In this document: one piece after another, positions 10,189 through 21,083 of the stretch | How positions within the stretch are numbered: the stretch's first letter is position 1 | Layout: each line of letters opens with the position of its first letter | Virus record (IMG/VR): IMGVR_UViG_3300033121_000493 | Span: 64,001-128,000 of that record | Length of the DNA: 64,000 nucleotides | Direction: 5' to 3' (one strand) | Source of the DNA: a virus | Taxonomy: Duplodnaviria > Caudoviricetes | Made by a program: the position numbers and the translations under genes | The notes under the pieces: model-generated | What the model was told of the DNA's origin: nothing | The model's database searches: none | What the model saw: only the letters and a program-made list of their open reading frames with translations

Positions 10189-10766
10189 TAGTCACCGCCG
10201 TTCACAGTAACCGCCGTACGGTTACCGTTTGCATCAACTGTAGCTGTAATGCGCGTTACCGTATTGTTGATGTCCTTAAACGTAATCGAATTTCCTTCAG
10301 CGCCTGCAACGCGACCAGTTAGCGCAGCCAAAATAAGGCGCAAGCTCTGAATAACGTTGAAGTCGGTTTCTACGGTAGCATAATTGTGATTGTAGCGGTT
10401 TTCTAGTGAAAACGTACCAACTAGCATGCCGTCAGCAGTAACGCCGCCAATAAGACCTGCGTCCACAATTACAGCGTAGTCTTCTCCAGTAGAGAAGAAT
10501 GCGTCACTAGTATCAATATAGGCTGTGTTAAACCCAGTGTAGCTTTCTGTGTTTTCATTGATAACCACACTGGTTGAGTTTCGTAGCAAGCCGGTAACAG
10601 CATCAATTCCAACCGCCGAACTTAGGTTGTTAATCTCATTAGCACCAACCTTGATAACAGCTAAAGTTGGCGTAGAATCAAACGCCGCTGCAGCTTTTGT
10701 AACAGGGTTAATGGAGTTAAACGGAATAGCTACTATAGAGTTAGCCTTAAAATCGCCTACGTACAT
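10188..10766 (-). CDS. Probable virion/tail-associated beta-rich protein
   Basis: 192 aa Thr/Asn/Val-rich, C-terminal RITATVDANGNRTAV. Confidence 0.5.
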   Translation of the reverse strand: MYVGDFKANSIVAIPFNSINPVTKAAAAFDSTPTLAVIKVGANEINNLSSAVGIDAVTGLLRNSTSVVINENTESYTGFNTAYIDTSDAFFSTGEDYAVIVDAGLIGGVTADGMLVGTFSLENRYNHNYATVETDFNVIQSLRLILAALTGRVAGAEGNSITFKDINNTVTRITATVDANGNRTAVTVNGGD

Positions 10767-10769
10767 TTG

Positions 10770-11918
10770 TTAGCTCCTGATTAAAACGCTATCAAGCAGA
10801 CCAGCGTTCTGAATGTCTATTTGTGATATCATTGGAATAACTGGATAGATACGAGCGCCGGTAGCTGAGTAATCAGTCCACGTCAATCCGCTCGTAGCTG
10901 TAGTACCGCAGAAAGAACTATCGTAGCCCACCAGACTGGCAAGCCCCAGATTAGCCGTAGAATCTGCAATTAACCCGTTAGCAAACGAACTTGGGTTATT
11001 CACCGTAGTAGGTTCTAGGTACACGCGTACTGTATCGCCTTTATTAAAAGTGGCGTCTATAGGCAATATACCGATTGCTGGAGAAGGGTTGCCGGAATCG
11101 TAGTTAGGATCAGTCATAAGCTGGCTGACGTCAATTGCGTAGTTAGTATCGACAGAACTGTTATTTGGCGCAGTCACGCGTACATGTACTTTAAAATCCC
11201 AGTTTGTACCTGGATCTAATGTGCCGACGTATACGCCACCTATTTTACCACTAAACCCAGGTACCCATTTATTGCCACGGTGAAGCGCAGTGCTACCGCT
11301 GTTCCACGTAGAATTGGACGTTACAGCCGAGTACACAGTAGTACCGCGTGCCCATTTCAGAGGAAACGCGTGCGTACCATCAAACGCACCATCGCAGTAA
11401 GCTATGTTCGGTCGAATAGTATTACTGGTAGTCCACGAACTTGCAGTCATAGTGCCAGTTTTGGCAACCAATGAAACCACATTACTCGGCGACTTCTGTA
11501 CTGCGGTATATCCGTACGAGATGGTGGCGTTGTTTGAGCCGTCGATTGTCCCAGACTGATACTTGATCACAATAGCAAATGGCTGACCAGCTGTAGGTGT
11601 AGCTGGCGCTGTAAAGTACGCATTATTCGTGCCAACTGCTACTTGCATATCAGCGAACGCATTAGCGGTTACAGGCGTAGCTGTAGGTAAGCCAGACGTA
11701 TCGACTGTGTAGCATCCAACACGATAAGTAGGTGACGTACCAGTCTTAGAAGCATAAAATGATACGCCAGTTATACTTATATCGGCTGGGGCAACAAAAA
11801 CAGCGCAAACAGCTTTAGTGCTAGCGTCTATGGCAAACGTAGAAAGAGCTACGTTTGTTGGTAAGCGGTTTATATCTATTAGGGGAACAAGTCCTATATC
11901 TAGCATAATAGCCTCCAA
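10770..11918 (-). CDS. Probable virion surface/tail appendage protein
   Basis: 382 aa Thr/Ser/Gly/Ala-rich, beta-sandwich-like composition. Confidence 0.5.
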   Translation of the reverse strand: MEAIMLDIGLVPLIDINRLPTNVALSTFAIDASTKAVCAVFVAPADISITGVSFYASKTGTSPTYRVGCYTVDTSGLPTATPVTANAFADMQVAVGTNNAYFTAPATPTAGQPFAIVIKYQSGTIDGSNNATISYGYTAVQKSPSNVVSLVAKTGTMTASSWTTSNTIRPNIAYCDGAFDGTHAFPLKWARGTTVYSAVTSNSTWNSGSTALHRGNKWVPGFSGKIGGVYVGTLDPGTNWDFKVHVRVTAPNNSSVDTNYAIDVSQLMTDPNYDSGNPSPAIGILPIDATFNKGDTVRVYLEPTTVNNPSSFANGLIADSTANLGLASLVGYDSSFCGTTATSGLTWTDYSATGARIYPVIPMISQIDIQNAGLLDSVLIRS

Positions 11919-11977
11919 AAAAGATATTCACGCTATTGGACTCGAAACGTATAGTTTAGTCAAATTTCACTGATACC

Positions 11978-12020
11978 TAAAAAAAAGACCCCACACAACA
12001 AATAGTTGTGTAGGGTCTTG
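11978..12020 (-). terminator. Intrinsic terminator
   Basis: Hairpin AAGACCC..ACAAC/GTTGT..GGGTCTT followed by a T-run on the minus strand, downstream of 12129-12656. Confidence 0.7.
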
Positions 12021-12128
12021 GTGTATCGTATAAAAACACGCAGCGAGTCACAATCCAATAGTCCGGTAGACTAAAGAACCATAACCCGCTGGTAGCTCAA
12101 AGCGCCGATACTGAGTTTAGCTCAGTAT

Positions 12129-12656
12129 TTAGTCGCGAGCGCGACGCTGCTTCTCGTCCATGTCCACGGTACGCTGGAATCGAATCGCGTACACGCCAGG
12201 AGGCAACACGAACGCGCCGTGCTCGGGGTGATTCAGCGTGCGCTTCTTCTCCAGCGCCAGAATCGCCCCATCGTACTCGTTGGCCTCGGCCAGGGTGTAC
12301 ATGGTCACACCTTCTCCCGAGTCCAGGATGTGTCGCGAGCCGGGAGTGTTACCCGGAGCGAGCTGCAGATTGACGGTATCCATCTTGCGGATACCGACCT
12401 TTCCTTCCTTGCTGTCGCGGATGACGTGCTTCTTGCCTTCCATCTGAGCACGCAGGATCATCACATCACCCTGGCGAACGAAATCGCCAACGCTGGCAGC
12501 CTCGGGAAAGTTCTGCGGCTTACGGCGATCGATGACCTCGCCGGGGCGCACGGGAACCTTGCAGCTGGCCACTTCCTTGCCGCGATTGATCACGGTCTCG
12601 ACAGCACGAGCGGCGGCAACAGCGGCGGGAGTCTTCAGAGTAGCAGTGGTCGACAT
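12129..12656 (-). CDS. Conserved hypothetical protein (RQGDV...H...HPEHG..LPPGVY family), GC-rich
   Basis: Motifs typical of the family that I recall occurring next to DUF6745 genes; start reassigned to ATG at 12656. Confidence 0.65.
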   Translation of the reverse strand: MSTTATLKTPAAVAAARAVETVINRGKEVASCKVPVRPGEVIDRRKPQNFPEAASVGDFVRQGDVMILRAQMEGKKHVIRDSKEGKVGIRKMDTVNLQLAPGNTPGSRHILDSGEGVTMYTLAEANEYDGAILALEKKRTLNHPEHGAFVLPPGVYAIRFQRTVDMDEKQRRARD

Positions 12657-12836
12657 TTGTCTTTTTCCTTGTCTTGGTTTCGGATTCAGAAACAGGTCAC
12701 AGCGATACAATCGTTATATACAGCTTAGTAAAAGTCTACGGCCTACAGGCACAATACCCAAACAAAGTTTGTATTTTTATTATCTATATGCTCATACTAA
12801 CGCGTACTTTTAGATTATCAACTGTAGATCACTAAA

Positions 12837-14099
12837 TTACGAAGTTGCGAGGCACTTGCCCTGGGACGTAGCGCCGCCAGGCAAATTGGCCATCCAGGTC
12901 TGGGCGTCCACGCACTTGACGACTTCACGCCCAACACGAATGGGGTAAGTACGTCCAGTTGACGAGCAAGCGCAGATCATTACGGTACCGTCGCGGTCGC
13001 CGCAATCAAACAGCACTTCATGCGTTTTGTCAATCGGGTTCTCGCGCTCGTCGATGATCTTGGCTTCCACCAGCTGAACGTAGTTTGGCCAGCCGTACTG
13101 CTGGATCATGATACGGCGAACTTCTTCGTCGCTGGCGTCATTGAAGTCTTTGATCGTCAGCGTCTCTGGGCGCATAACGATCTGTTCGGTGACCGGATTG
13201 CCTTCGATGCAGTAGATCTTCCAGCCATCACGGAATGCCAGCGCAGGACCAGTTGTGTTGTGCAATTGGCCTTCAGCTGTAATGTGGATCTCGCTGGGGC
13301 GCTCACAGAGAATGATGAAATGCGTGTTCAGCCACGCATACCCGCCAAACTCAGACGCCTCTTCGAAATCGCGTGCGATCGGCGCGATTTCCATACCGAG
13401 GATGTCGCGGCAAAACGATGTGTACGCGGGCCAGGCATCCCACAACGGAATACCCTGACAAACGTGCCAGTTCTGCTTCTGCAGCGCTGTGACGGTAGCC
13501 GACACATCTTCTTTGTCGTTCTTGGTGGTTGTCGAGCCCTTTTTCAGGTCGCTCGGTACCAGCGGCGCGATCGCCTTGAACGAGAGCTCGACAATCGCCT
13601 TGATGGATTTGTCGATGAGATCTGTGCTGAGATCGATGTCGTTCTTGTGCATGCGGTCAGCGAGCAGCTTGGTGTACCACTCCTCGCCTCGCCGCCAGAC
13701 AGCCGTCACTGCGTCTTCAGAGTTAATCAGAGCTTTTGTGAACGCCGCCGCCAGAGTACCGACGACAGGCGACTGCACATGAATGATTGCGTGTTCGGGC
13801 CACGGGAGCTCAACTTCCCAGAACGTATTACGATACGCCGTTGCGGTGCGCTCGAAGTCGACGGGTTCGGTCGACAGTGAGATGTCCTGCCAACGCTTCT
13901 CGTGCGCGTCGCGTAGTTTGTTTTGCTCGGGGGTCAGTGACTCGACGGACGGGGCGCTCACCGGCGAGTATGTAGAACTTTTTCGGCGCGGCTGGCCAGT
14001 CACAGGGTCGAGGGGGTGGTAGGCGGCTACCGCCGGTGCTGGCGTTTCAACGGTGGTTTTCTTGGACGCGGGCTTGGCTTTTTTGATTTGTTTGGCCAC
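12837..14099 (-). CDS. DUF6745-like domain protein, GC-rich
   Basis: CERP...GQLHNTTGPALAFRDGWKIY..EG, EEVRRIMI..YG; GTG start at 14099 with AAGGAG RBS. Confidence 0.7.
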   Translation of the reverse strand: MAKQIKKAKPASKKTTVETPAPAVAAYHPLDPVTGQPRRKSSTYSPVSAPSVESLTPEQNKLRDAHEKRWQDISLSTEPVDFERTATAYRNTFWEVELPWPEHAIIHVQSPVVGTLAAAFTKALINSEDAVTAVWRRGEEWYTKLLADRMHKNDIDLSTDLIDKSIKAIVELSFKAIAPLVPSDLKKGSTTTKNDKEDVSATVTALQKQNWHVCQGIPLWDAWPAYTSFCRDILGMEIAPIARDFEEASEFGGYAWLNTHFIILCERPSEIHITAEGQLHNTTGPALAFRDGWKIYCIEGNPVTEQIVMRPETLTIKDFNDASDEEVRRIMIQQYGWPNYVQLVEAKIIDERENPIDKTHEVLFDCGDRDGTVMICACSSTGRTYPIRVGREVVKCVDAQTWMANLPGGATSQGKCLATS

Positions 14100-14216
14100 A
14101 GAGTGCTCCTTGAGCTGATGATTGGTTTCCAGGGAAGACAGAACAAGACACGACACTATAGACATAGTGTATAAAGATATGCCTAGACAAATGTGTAGCG
14201 CGCTACAGCCTAGTTA

Positions 14217-14798
14217 TTACTTGTTGGAAGCTCTGTTATTTTCAGCAATAACGTAAGCCAGAAAATTGTTTAACGGCGCAGCAATGATTGCAGTGCCATC
14301 GTACGGCATTGATATTTTATGATTGCAATTGTGGCACTGCGCCAGATACTGGCCAGGATTGATTGGATCAACCAAATATCTGTGTGCCGTAGCCAGAATT
14401 AGACCGCCGCACGTGTGACACGAAGCCTGACCTATTGTGATGAACACATTGCCGTTTAACTTTACAGGAGCGTCACAAAGACCTCCATCGCCAAAGTAGA
14501 TCGATTCTCCGCGATTTGCTGGAGTAAACGCGCCGCTATTGAGCACGCTTACCCACAGTCTCGAAATACAGTTCTGACAACCAAAAACTAGTTCTTTACC
14601 GATATAAATACCGCCAATAATAGGCCGGTTACACGTAATGCTTTTTGCTGGAATGCCAGTGCAGCGCTCATGCTGCAGGACATTCTGAATCGCCTCTTTG
14701 CCCAGCGCGTTATCTTCTGGCGCGGCAAATATCGTTTCAAGGTGGGCTATCGCGCTGGAAATAGCCAAAGGATTTGGTACTGGGAGTTCTGGCAACAT
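14217..14798 (-). CDS. Hypothetical Cys-rich protein (three CxxC)
   Basis: CQNC, CHTC, CHNC. Confidence 0.55.
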   Translation of the reverse strand: MLPELPVPNPLAISSAIAHLETIFAAPEDNALGKEAIQNVLQHERCTGIPAKSITCNRPIIGGIYIGKELVFGCQNCISRLWVSVLNSGAFTPANRGESIYFGDGGLCDAPVKLNGNVFITIGQASCHTCGGLILATAHRYLVDPINPGQYLAQCHNCNHKISMPYDGTAIIAAPLNNFLAYVIAENNRASNK

Positions 14799-14839
14799 AC
14801 GCTTTCTCCTTTGTCTGTCTGCTTGTGCTCGGTATTATA

Positions 14840-15505
14840 TCATAGCATATCTAAATCCTCATAGCTTGGTTTACGTGCCATAGCTATAACATTTACAATT
14901 TGTTGAATCTGATCTAAGTTGTTGTTGGCAACAGCCTGCGTGTACGCACCGAATAACTCTTCAAATATCTTGCTCTTCTGTTTATAGTTTACATGTAAAC
15001 TTACACCGCACTTAAACAAGCCGCCTAGCTTGTTTTGGCGTTCTTTATCTGGTATTTCGCCTACGTCTATGTTACTGATCGTTTCAATCATCAAACGAGG
15101 CCAGTACAGACGTGAAGCACTGTGATCGTTTTGTGTATAAGCTCCTGAAATCTGCGGCAAGGATTTTATCAGTAGCGCATAAAGCCAAAAAGGATTAAAA
15201 CCAATATAAGGACGTAAAACAACGTATTGCTTATAGCAGTGTTTGTGTTCACCGTCAGGCAAAGTATCGACTATGCCAACACCTAAATTTTTATAGTAAA
15301 ATGGCATTGTTAACGAGAGCACGCCGTATACCAACACTGTATCGTTTAATTTGACATCTAATCTCCCACGCTCACGACTGTCCACAGGGTCATTAGTGTA
15401 CTTAAATCCGTACTTATTAAAGTTTTTAAGGCTTATTGTACGCGAAGTGGGATCATCTACACCTGATCCTGATAATAAAAGTTGGTACAAATGGCCTAGT
15501 TTCAT
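14840..15505 (-). CDS. Half-size type I restriction specificity subunit (HsdS/TRD)-like protein
   Basis: MKLGHL...VVLRP...PFWLYALL...PRL..ETISNIDVGEIPDKERQNKL followed by a helical tail resembles one TRD plus conserved region. Confidence 0.55.
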   Translation of the reverse strand: MKLGHLYQLLLSGSGVDDPTSRTISLKNFNKYGFKYTNDPVDSRERGRLDVKLNDTVLVYGVLSLTMPFYYKNLGVGIVDTLPDGEHKHCYKQYVVLRPYIGFNPFWLYALLIKSLPQISGAYTQNDHSASRLYWPRLMIETISNIDVGEIPDKERQNKLGGLFKCGVSLHVNYKQKSKIFEELFGAYTQAVANNNLDQIQQIVNVIAMARKPSYEDLDML

Positions 15506-16358
15506 TTGTCATCAAAAAATAAGAGACGTACAATATTTAATTGTTTAAACACAGTCCAGTGTGTCACGCTACGCACATTAGTTGCAGGGTTGCGTAACTC
15601 CATTGCGTAGTGTAAAGGTCTGTAGAAACCCATTTGACTACAAATATCCTTTCTCAGTTCACTGACAGTGATGTGTCTAGGCATTTAATAGCAATCTTTT
15701 AACGTCTCAAAAATATATTGTATGTGTGATATGTTGCGTGTACAGCGGCTTAACAAAACAGTATGAATGATTCTGCTATAGGCAAACATACGTTTTAGCC
15801 GTATAATATGGATACTAAAATAAGAACGCGCAAACGACTTAGGATAAATTGAATAATGTAATATATGAGTGAATCGGTGGTGTATGTTAATATGCTTAGA
15901 TTCATGCCATCTACGCGCCACGTTACCTCCTAAGATTAAACCTGGCTAGCTATATAGCATAAAGCGTTTTTGAAATCACTGATTTAATTACATCGGCGCT
16001 TCTGCTGTTAATAATCCCTTGTTGCGCAGAAAATTTTGTAATAACTGAATCAAATTCTTCTGCAAGAACATCAAAATCATAGCATACAGAATTGTTATAT
16101 TGCTTTACCCAGTCTGAACAGCTAAATTGTATAGCGTAACTATTTGCCATATAGAATATGCCCTAACCGCATTCGTACAGCGTTGCCTTGCTCTTCTGCA
16201 TGAACAAAGACCATAGCTTGTGCGGCTGAGTTGTTGAATGCTACGTAGTTATGCCGAAAATGATAGTGTACAAGTGAAATATTACACCAACATTTATATT
16301 TGGTATGCCAGACGATAAACACGCCACCAGATACGCGACAGTTAATCTCACAACTGCG

Positions 16359-16836
16359 ATCAGTCTGTATTGCCATACATGACGTCATCCATTATGGTTA
16401 GTAAGGCGTCCTCCAATACGTCGTAAACATTGCGTACAGCACTGGAATTCCCCCAAAATCTAATACTAAACTTATCCATACGATGTTTATTAATTTTGGC
16501 AATTTCAGTGCTACTTATATCGTCTTCTAAATAATAGCTTATAGCTTTAAAGTTCACACTAAATACGACGCCGCGCGACAAATCAGTCTGCATTGCTATA
16601 CACCACGTCACTGAATACGTTACGTAGCACTGAGTCTAAAGTAGTGCGAATACTACGCGCGGTGCTGTGGCTTGGCACAAGCTTACTGATAAACTTATTA
16701 CAAAAATCATACATGCGGCGTCTGTGAATTTTGACAATTTCAGTGTTATTTATGTCGTCGTCTAGATAGTAGCCTATAGCTTTAAAGCATACGGCAAATA
16801 CGATACTGCGGGATAGATCAGTCTGTATTGCCATAC
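16359..16836. repeat. Three copies of an ~18-20 bp repeat ATCAGTCTG(T/C)ATTGC(C/T)ATAC at ~225-235 bp spacing (recent gene triplication, QTD(L/R)S starts)
   Basis: Seen at about 16359, 16582 and 16817; proteins 16360 and 16583 also share FKAI.YYL.DDI..TEI.KI. Confidence 0.8.
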
Positions 16837-18187
16837 TAGGTGTCCTCTGTTGGGTCGTATAGTGAGCTACGTATTGTATAGCCTATACGCTGTATAACGT
16901 TACCAGTTATCTCCCTGCGAGATCTATTATTTTTTGTTTGCAGCTCTATAAAGGCTGACAACAATTTATTAGGGGTTAAAAGCGAGAATACGTGGCCGTG
17001 TTTGGGCGTATTCGGGAATATTGGAGCGAAAGTTATGAAACTGATATAAACCGCAACTTCAAAGCTAGTCATAATGAAATACAGCCGTACACAGTACTAC
17101 GAAACACATGCAGAGTCTTATCTCTAACGACGTTACATAAATTTCTATTGCGGCTTTGTAAATCTACAAATCTACGCAATAGACTACTAGAAGATAAAGT
17201 AATGCTGTGGCAGCGACGCCGTGTTAATCCGACATTTATTACACCTATATGCGTAGTACCACAGACAAATTCTAATTCAACGCTAACTGTCACAACGGAC
17301 CTCTAGCAGTATGGTTATTAGTTTGTCTAGCTGTATATAGCTAGCCGCAGACCGGTCTCTAATACCAAATACTCTATTTTCCAACTTACACGGCGGTGTA
17401 AATATTTGCCACGATAAAAGCAATTTCTTGTTATTTCTTTCGGCTGATTTAATGTATAGTCTAGTAGAGTATCCGCTAATGTAGATTGGTGTGGCCACGC
17501 TTTACTCAGTAAACCAATTAACCGCTAGCACGGCTAAAATATTCATAAGTCTATTTCTTAAACCCGTAGCTCGTATCGCGTACGTACCTAGTTTGGTACG
17601 CAGTAGGATATCTTCATCGGGCTTTGCGGTTTCTGTTAACCCAATAAAACGAGCTTTTACTCCGTCCCTGTCATCCACGAAAAAGCATAAAGCGTAAACG
17701 TTATTTTTACGCGTAGAATAACCCTCTTGCAAGATAATCGCGCTAGATCTGGTTAATGATTTGTTATTTAACAATGCTACCGCTTCGCGTGATCGCGTAC
17801 GAGCAAACTTGCACTAGGTCATAGCCACGGACAGGTGCTGTGTATCTAAACAAGCGCTTATCCATACATGTAACGAGCCGTAAAATATGCCGAGTACAGC
17901 AGTTGTTACGCGCTATTAGAGCTATCTCATTATTGAATCTACGTTCTGGTAAAAAATCACATGACCTTGATTCGCTACTCACTTAGCGTGGTATCCCCAT
18001 TGAAATGTCGAGCGGTGTACTGGTTCGTAGACACGCATAAGCTCTCTACGTAACGCCCGCAGCATTACTCCTGTCCTTGGGAATCTCATAGGCATACTGT
18101 AACTTTCTGGCGCAAATATATCGAAAACTTCGTTCTGTGAAAGATCATGTGGCGTTAAGTCTCTACTTTCTGCTTGCGTTTGCATAC

Positions 18188-18261
18188 TCGGCGCGACAGG
18201 ACTCGAACCTGCGACCCCCTGGGTGTAAACCAAGTGCTCTAGCCAGCTGAGCTACGCGCCA
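18188..18261 (-). tRNA. tRNA-Val(UAC)
   Basis: Cloverleaf, CTTGG-TTTACAC-CCAGG, GTTCGAGTC; no encoded CCA. Confidence 0.92.
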
Positions 18262-18265
18262 TTAG

Positions 18266-18340
18266 TCTAGGTAACTGGATTCGAACCAGCGGCCTCCTGA
18301 CCCCAAATCAGGCGCTCTAGCCAGACTGAGCTATACCTAG
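18266..18340 (-). tRNA. tRNA-Pro(UGG)
   Basis: CCTGA-TTTGGGG-TCAGG, C1:G72, GTTCGAATC. Confidence 0.93.
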
Positions 18341-18923
18341 ATATCGAAGCACAATACAGCACATGTTGTTAAGCGTATACCTTACGCGACTGTACAGCAG
18401 ACAGTACAGCATCTTCTATCTCATCGCACAAGCTTATTATCATGTCATCCATTGTAGGGCTTATCTTCCAGGACAAGAGCCAATTCAACTTTGGCATTAA
18501 CCTATTTAATGACGCAGTGTGCGCGGCATATACCATTACTATGTCATACGCTCTAACGGTTTCTCGAAGTTGTAAGCTTGCCTGAAACGGGCTAGCATCA
18601 TACGCAAAGCGTACACCGAGACAGTTGTCAGCAGGCAATTACATATCTCCAGCAACCAAGTGAAACCACGTCTAAGATAAACCGCCGCACAGCCACCATA
18701 TAAAAACAGCAATTGTAATTATCATTATAGCTATAAGTGCGTCAGCACATTTTGCCGCTAGACGATTATTACGCTCATCGTCTGTCACGGGATGTTATCC
18801 TTGTGATCCAAAAATATCAATTCCAAATATCCCCAACTGGACATTTATGATTTCTCTGATCAGATAGTACCAGAAATCCGGCATAGGGTGCGTTTGCATT
18901 TGTGTCTCCTTACGCGTAGCGCG

Positions 18924-19100
18924 CTACCGCTTTGGAAAACGGCGAATTCCAAAAACATGTGTATGCAATTTATCAACGACAGAGTCAATCTTAGTTTTGT
19001 CTTGAGTATCGTAGTTACCGTTAGCAATATCGCTCTGAATCTTAGCCACCATTGCTCGGCGAGTCACCAGTACGTCTGACATACGCACATCGCGTTTCAT
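18924..19100 (-). CDS. FlgM-like (anti-sigma-28 C-terminal domain-like) 58 aa protein, absent from the ORF track
   Basis: AAGGAG RBS; MKRDVRMSDVLVTRRAMVAKIQSDIANGNYDTQDKTKIDSVVDKLHTHVFGIRRFPKR matches the R..V..I...I..G.Y pattern. Confidence 0.55.
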   Translation of the reverse strand: MKRDVRMSDVLVTRRAMVAKIQSDIANGNYDTQDKTKIDSVVDKLHTHVFGIRRFPKR

Positions 19101-19112
19101 ACTGACTCCTTT

Positions 19113-19595
19113 TTACAGATAACTGCTGTCTTGCCCGCGTTTGCGCTGCTGCAGTTTGACAATTTCAAGCATCAATTCTGCAATTTCATCGGCTGACAAC
19201 TTATCAATAGCTTCCAAAATACCGGCAGCGGCAGTCTTGCATTCCGCAGACCTGCACGTCTCTTCAGTTGAGTTTAGCAAATTACTAACTACATTACCAA
19301 GTGTAGAAAAGCAAGTTTTGTACTCGCTGTCACCTTCAATAGTAAATGTCCACTCGATACCTTTGTTTGTTACTTTGCCTACAGCGGCCTTCAAGTCGAT
19401 GCTGGATATGAACATTACTACTGCGCCACAAGGTAGCTCAACTGGCTTTCGCGTGTCCAGGAATCTACCTTCAAAGTCAAACCCTGTCTTTGCCGGAAGC
19501 TTAACGGCAGTGATATGCCGGTAGTAGTATTTATGAAGACCTTTACCCATGATATTTTGGGCATACGGACAAGGGTCAAGTTGGATTTTCGGCAC
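19113..19595 (-). CDS. Hypothetical protein
   Basis: 160 aa ORF. Confidence 0.6.
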   Translation of the reverse strand: MPKIQLDPCPYAQNIMGKGLHKYYYRHITAVKLPAKTGFDFEGRFLDTRKPVELPCGAVVMFISSIDLKAAVGKVTNKGIEWTFTIEGDSEYKTCFSTLGNVVSNLLNSTEETCRSAECKTAAAGILEAIDKLSADEIAELMLEIVKLQQRKRGQDSSYL

Positions 19596-20133
19596 AGGTT
19601 TAGCCTTTTGTCTTGGGCTTTGTGTGTTTTTTGCGTGGACGTACTGTCATATAGGTACTGACGTTAGGCGAGAACTGGCGTAGCTTGTCGTTCACAATAT
19701 GATCCATTGATTGAGTATTCATACGCATATGAATAGACCTAGACATACCGCCAGCATACGAAAAATGCATTAGATCACTTATTTTTATGGCTATCGCAAA
19801 CGATATATCCTTGGCAATAAAAATTGGTATAGAATAATAGTCGGCATAGCTACATCTACTTAGGGCAGAACGCAGATAGTGAGGGACGTTACTCACGACT
19901 GAATAGCCCAGGATATTCGAATTTACACCAAACCTTAAACAGTTGCCTGTGCATAGTACTAATTACATGTGCCCTACGGCGAGATGTTAATTGCTTATTT
20001 ATATCCATCACCCGATAAACATTCAGTTGCACTTGAATCGATGTTTGTTTGGCAGCAGGACCGTCGATAGCTGCTTTAATGACATCCACTTCGTACGCTG
20101 TGTGCTGTAGATAATAGGGAACTATAGCGGAGC

Positions 20134-20547
20134 TCACTGGCCACTAGACTCTTCATACGTTTTTTTACGCTGCTGCAATTTTTGCATTAATAGTGGCCCA
20201 ATAACTTCCCAATCTGCGCCAGGTCTAGCGCCGAGTCTGGGCAGTTCTCTCAAAGGACAACCTACGGCAGCATCGTCCACGTACAGGTTAGCAAATGCTT
20301 TAGGGCTGCTTGACCAGCTCTGTTGCGGGTTTTTGTTAACGCCCCACAGCTGGATACCGTTAGCCTCACACCATTTGACTGCGTCATCTAGTTCTTTACC
20401 AGAGCGCATAGTCCACAGGATTAACTTCGCACCGGCTGTTTGTAGCTTCACGCACCACTCAACAGCGCCCGGTATAGCTGCGCCGATATCTGGATAAACG
20501 TGGTCAACCAGCGTGCCGTCAAAATCAATAGCAACTATGAACTGCAT
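20134..20547 (-). CDS. HAD-superfamily hydrolase (small, capless type)
   Basis: AIDFDGTL, ILWTMR, K.FANLYVDD. Confidence 0.88.
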   Translation of the reverse strand: MQFIVAIDFDGTLVDHVYPDIGAAIPGAVEWCVKLQTAGAKLILWTMRSGKELDDAVKWCEANGIQLWGVNKNPQQSWSSSPKAFANLYVDDAAVGCPLRELPRLGARPGADWEVIGPLLMQKLQQRKKTYEESSGQ

Positions 20548-20606
20548 TCGACATCTCCGTGTGGCGCGTTGTAGAAATTTACTAGACTAGAATACATTGT
20601 GTAGCC

Positions 20607-21083
20607 CGCCGTAAAATGCGACCTAACGTTATGTTTAAGGGAAGATAGGTAGTACTATATTGCGTATCCACAGGTTGCACGAATTCTTGATAGAGGGGTA
20701 CACGGTGTATTGATGCGTGTGATGTGTAATACTTATGTAACACCTCGCCGCTTATCTCGGTCACGTAGATCGCTACTTCATAACTTTTGCTGGGCTTTGT
20801 CCTCATGAGTTACCTCTGGTGTACTCAACTTAGCAATGCTACGCCGTAAAACGTGACCTAACGTTCTGTTTAAAGGAAGATAGGTATTACTATACCGCGT
20901 CCCTGTAGGCGATGCTATGTTTGGGCAGACGCGTATATAGTAGATTATTATGTCCGATATCTCGTGTAGATACCATGTAATTTCGCCTACATTGGTCACG
21001 TAGATTGCTATTTCATAACTTTTGCTGGGCATTGTCCCCATGAGTTGCCTCTGGTGTACTCAACTTAGCAACGATACGCCGTG
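20607..21083. repeat. Recent tandem duplication of array units (20582/20778/21013)
   Basis: ~85 bp near-identical junction ACGTAGAT.GCTA.TTCATAACTTTTGCTGGGC.TTGTCC.CATGAGTT.CCTCTGGTGTACTCAACTTAGCAA at about 20763 and 20998. Confidence 0.85.

Larger units (their letters stand above)
15502..18638 (-). other. Microprotein array block A (about 13 overlapping 60-90 aa ORFs, interrupted by two tRNAs)
   Basis: ORFs at 15502, 15685, 15950, 16140, 16360, 16583, 16836, 17069, 17283, 17502, 17764, 17979, 18369; motif e.g. SRSIVF, SRGVVF, SCEINC, SYAIQF, SFEVAV, SVELEF. Confidence 0.7.
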
